DNA of 64,000 nt from Botryllus schlosseri. Taxonomy: Eukaryota. Position numbers and translations under genes: made by a program. Below are positions 61,724 to 64,000 of the stretch, piece by piece. The stretch covers positions 21,764,001-21,828,000 of the forward strand of contig CM119372.1 of the NCBI GenBank assembly GCA_051294905.1, given 5' to 3'. A model generated the notes under the pieces. That model did no database searches. It saw nothing but the letters and a program-made list of their open reading frames with translations, and had not been told where the DNA came from. Numbering within the stretch: position 1 is the first letter of the stretch; every line of letters begins with the position of its first letter.

Positions 61724-64000
61724 CTCTAGAGCCTCACCGCCAAGTGATTTTTTCCGCACGTCTTTCCAAAATAATCCCTGTGTTAACGATATCAGGTCTT
61801 TTAAGTTATCTAGTTGCTGCGGAAGGGTGTCGTCAATTCGCTGAGAAATAGAGTTTCGAAGTCAATACGGAGAGGCATGCGTATCACAAGACTAAAGAAT
61901 AATATTTATTTGGCGAGAAGTAAATTATATTATACCATAATTGGTGTTCTTCATCGCGTATTATAGACTATATATATACAGGATCATCATTCTTTCGTGT
62001 GGATTATAACACTGATCAACAGCGAATTTCAAATTAATATATGTACTTCGGTGATTTGAAAGGACTTGTTCCCTGATTTCAAATATGCCCTTATTTTTTC
62101 AAGTTTTTGAGATATTTTCATTTTAAATTTCAACTGTTATACAATTATCTTCATAATCGGAACAGTGTGCAGTTCATTATAATCCAATTTTGACGGAACT
62201 CATAAAGGATTATTTCTGACTGACTGATATCATCCATGAAGAAGGCAATAGCGAGGAGGTTCTGCCTCACATAATTACACCATAGTCATCCGTGGGGCAA
62301 GTTTTTGTTGTAGTCAAATCCTTAGAAAGTTGCATTTATTTTTCACAAAAGTTACAGTAAAGAGTTGCATTTATGGATAAGTTCCTTGAAATTTTTAGGA
62401 TATGAGATATTCGAATTGATTCGTATCCAAGGCACTGTAACAAAACTCAGTGTTCAAAACTTCAACAAAATCAATAGCTTGAAAAAATTGACCCGGTAAA
62501 AATATAATTTTCGGCGGCCTAGCATGAATGTACGTCAAATCAAAAAGGACCTCAAATTTGAACGACAGTGAAGTAATCAAGCGATCTATTTACATATAGT
62601 TCCAAATATTTGCAGTAAAAAGTTAGTTGCATGAAAAATCGAAAAACTTGCAAAAATTTACATGAAAAAATGGAGAAAAGTTGCAATATATGATTACTCG
62701 AAACAGCTTAAAACACCATACTACATACCTTCTGAGTATTGAGGGAACTGCCGGAAGCTGTAAAAAAAGTTGAAAAAGTTGCAAAAATTGGGCCTATAGT
62801 CATCATAGTTTCGAATTATATGCCATATAAGATTTTTTGAAAACTTGGCGCAGGTCTCGGATGTTTCCAACGCGCTGGATGATGAGATTCCTGATATAGC
62901 AATGCTGTGTGTCATGCTTACGGCTATACATGGTCCCCTGATTGAGCAATGAAAGGCATTTTAAACGGCTGCATTCCCCAATTAAATGCAGTGAAACGAA
63001 ATCGTATTTTAGGACTGATGCAAATTTGATTTGCTCAGCTGTGATACGTGGAAGAATACGATCATTTCACAATTCGGTGTGTTGGTAGCATAAGTTGACA
63101 AAGATGCACTTGTCCGTACCCTTTTGATGCATCACGAAGTAAATATTTACGTGTGTACCGAGTACGTATACAAATTTAGCGTCAAATGTTACTCATTGCA
63201 CTCAATGAAGATTTATCAGTCGAACAACCATCGAAGTAAATAAAGAATAAGCTTGCATGTTCACAATTTCAAGATATATCATAAACAAACTTTCTCAAAA
63301 TAATTCGTGATATCATTGTCAACCGCAATCTGTATTCTACCGTATCATTACAAACTATCAGAAAAACTTCACCATTTGAAGGGATACCTGGATATCGTTA
63401 ATACTGTCGAAATCAACGACTGTCCAAATTCTATACCAGTGATGAGATCATATAGCTATATAGTAAATTTGTCATTCAGTCCGTACCATATCTCATACAC
63501 AGTTGACTCCGTTTACCCCGAGCACATTTGGTCTGCTCACTTTTGACCGAAATAAGCGGAATAAACTGCTTTGTCTGAGTTAAGCAGAAAATCAATTGCA
63601 CTTTACATGGTCGTGCGTAAAGGCCTAAAACGCATTGGAAATACTGTTCGTTGTATATTAAATGAATTGCAACTGCTCTATACTGCATTAATTTGTATTA
63701 ATCGCAATTACGCACAAGAGTTATACCTTATGGTCGTTGTATTGTACGTGTGCAGTACAATATTTTGATACTGTACGGCCCACAGGACGATTTCATCCGG
63801 CCCGCGAAGCAATTCCGAGTGAATGGAAATTGTTTGTATTATCCAACACATTTTTTCTAAATTTTTTTAAAAAGGCGTTTAGCAAGAAATACTTTGACGT
63901 GAAATCCCTCATAACAGCAACCGTCTAACATATTCAATGTCCATAAGCCACATTGAAACTATCGGAAGGCATCTTCTGTCGAACCGCTATATACCTTATT

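Larger units (their letters stand above)
53473..63575 (+). repeat. segmental duplicate of 1-~7845 (gene 5' end, promoter and distal flank), differing mainly by transposon insertions
   Basis: Collinear blocks: 1-766 + 3705-4250 vs 53473-54701 + 55968-56055; 4330-4880 vs 59600-60544; 5434-6387 vs 61732-62925; 7190-7845 vs 62927-63575. Confidence 0.92.

Overview
Eukaryotic (animal, AT-rich invertebrate) genomic DNA, not prokaryotic. A tunicate origin is only a weak guess. The only protein-coding content I can support is a tandem cluster of four minus-strand interleukin-17-like cytokine genes with two coding exons, identified by the RSISPW, RYP, CxCxxC and V[GS]CTCV motifs. Copy A (1-244) is cut by the window edge and open so far. 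Copy B (15910-21280) is a pseudogene whose exon 2 is split by a 4.1-kb element with long terminal inverted repeats (TIRs) and a 3-bp target-site duplication (TSD), probably Academ-type. Copy C (30709-31497) is intact, encodes 186 aa and is the divergent member. Copy D (52435-53721) has exon-1 frameshifts but an intact exon 2. All four encode a signal peptide, then a ~45-50-aa two-Cys segment, then an R-x-[KR]-R furin-type site ahead of the IL-17 domain, which suggests a pro-cytokine. A, B and D belong to a segmentally duplicated unit that shares a promoter with NF-kB-type sites. The rest of the window is a dense, nested set of non-autonomous DNA transposons (mostly hAT with 8-bp TSDs, plus two Chapaev3-like relics, a Mutator-like foldback and a pogo/Tc1-like MITE) and tRNA-derived SINEs. 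Most ORFs in the supplied track are spurious.
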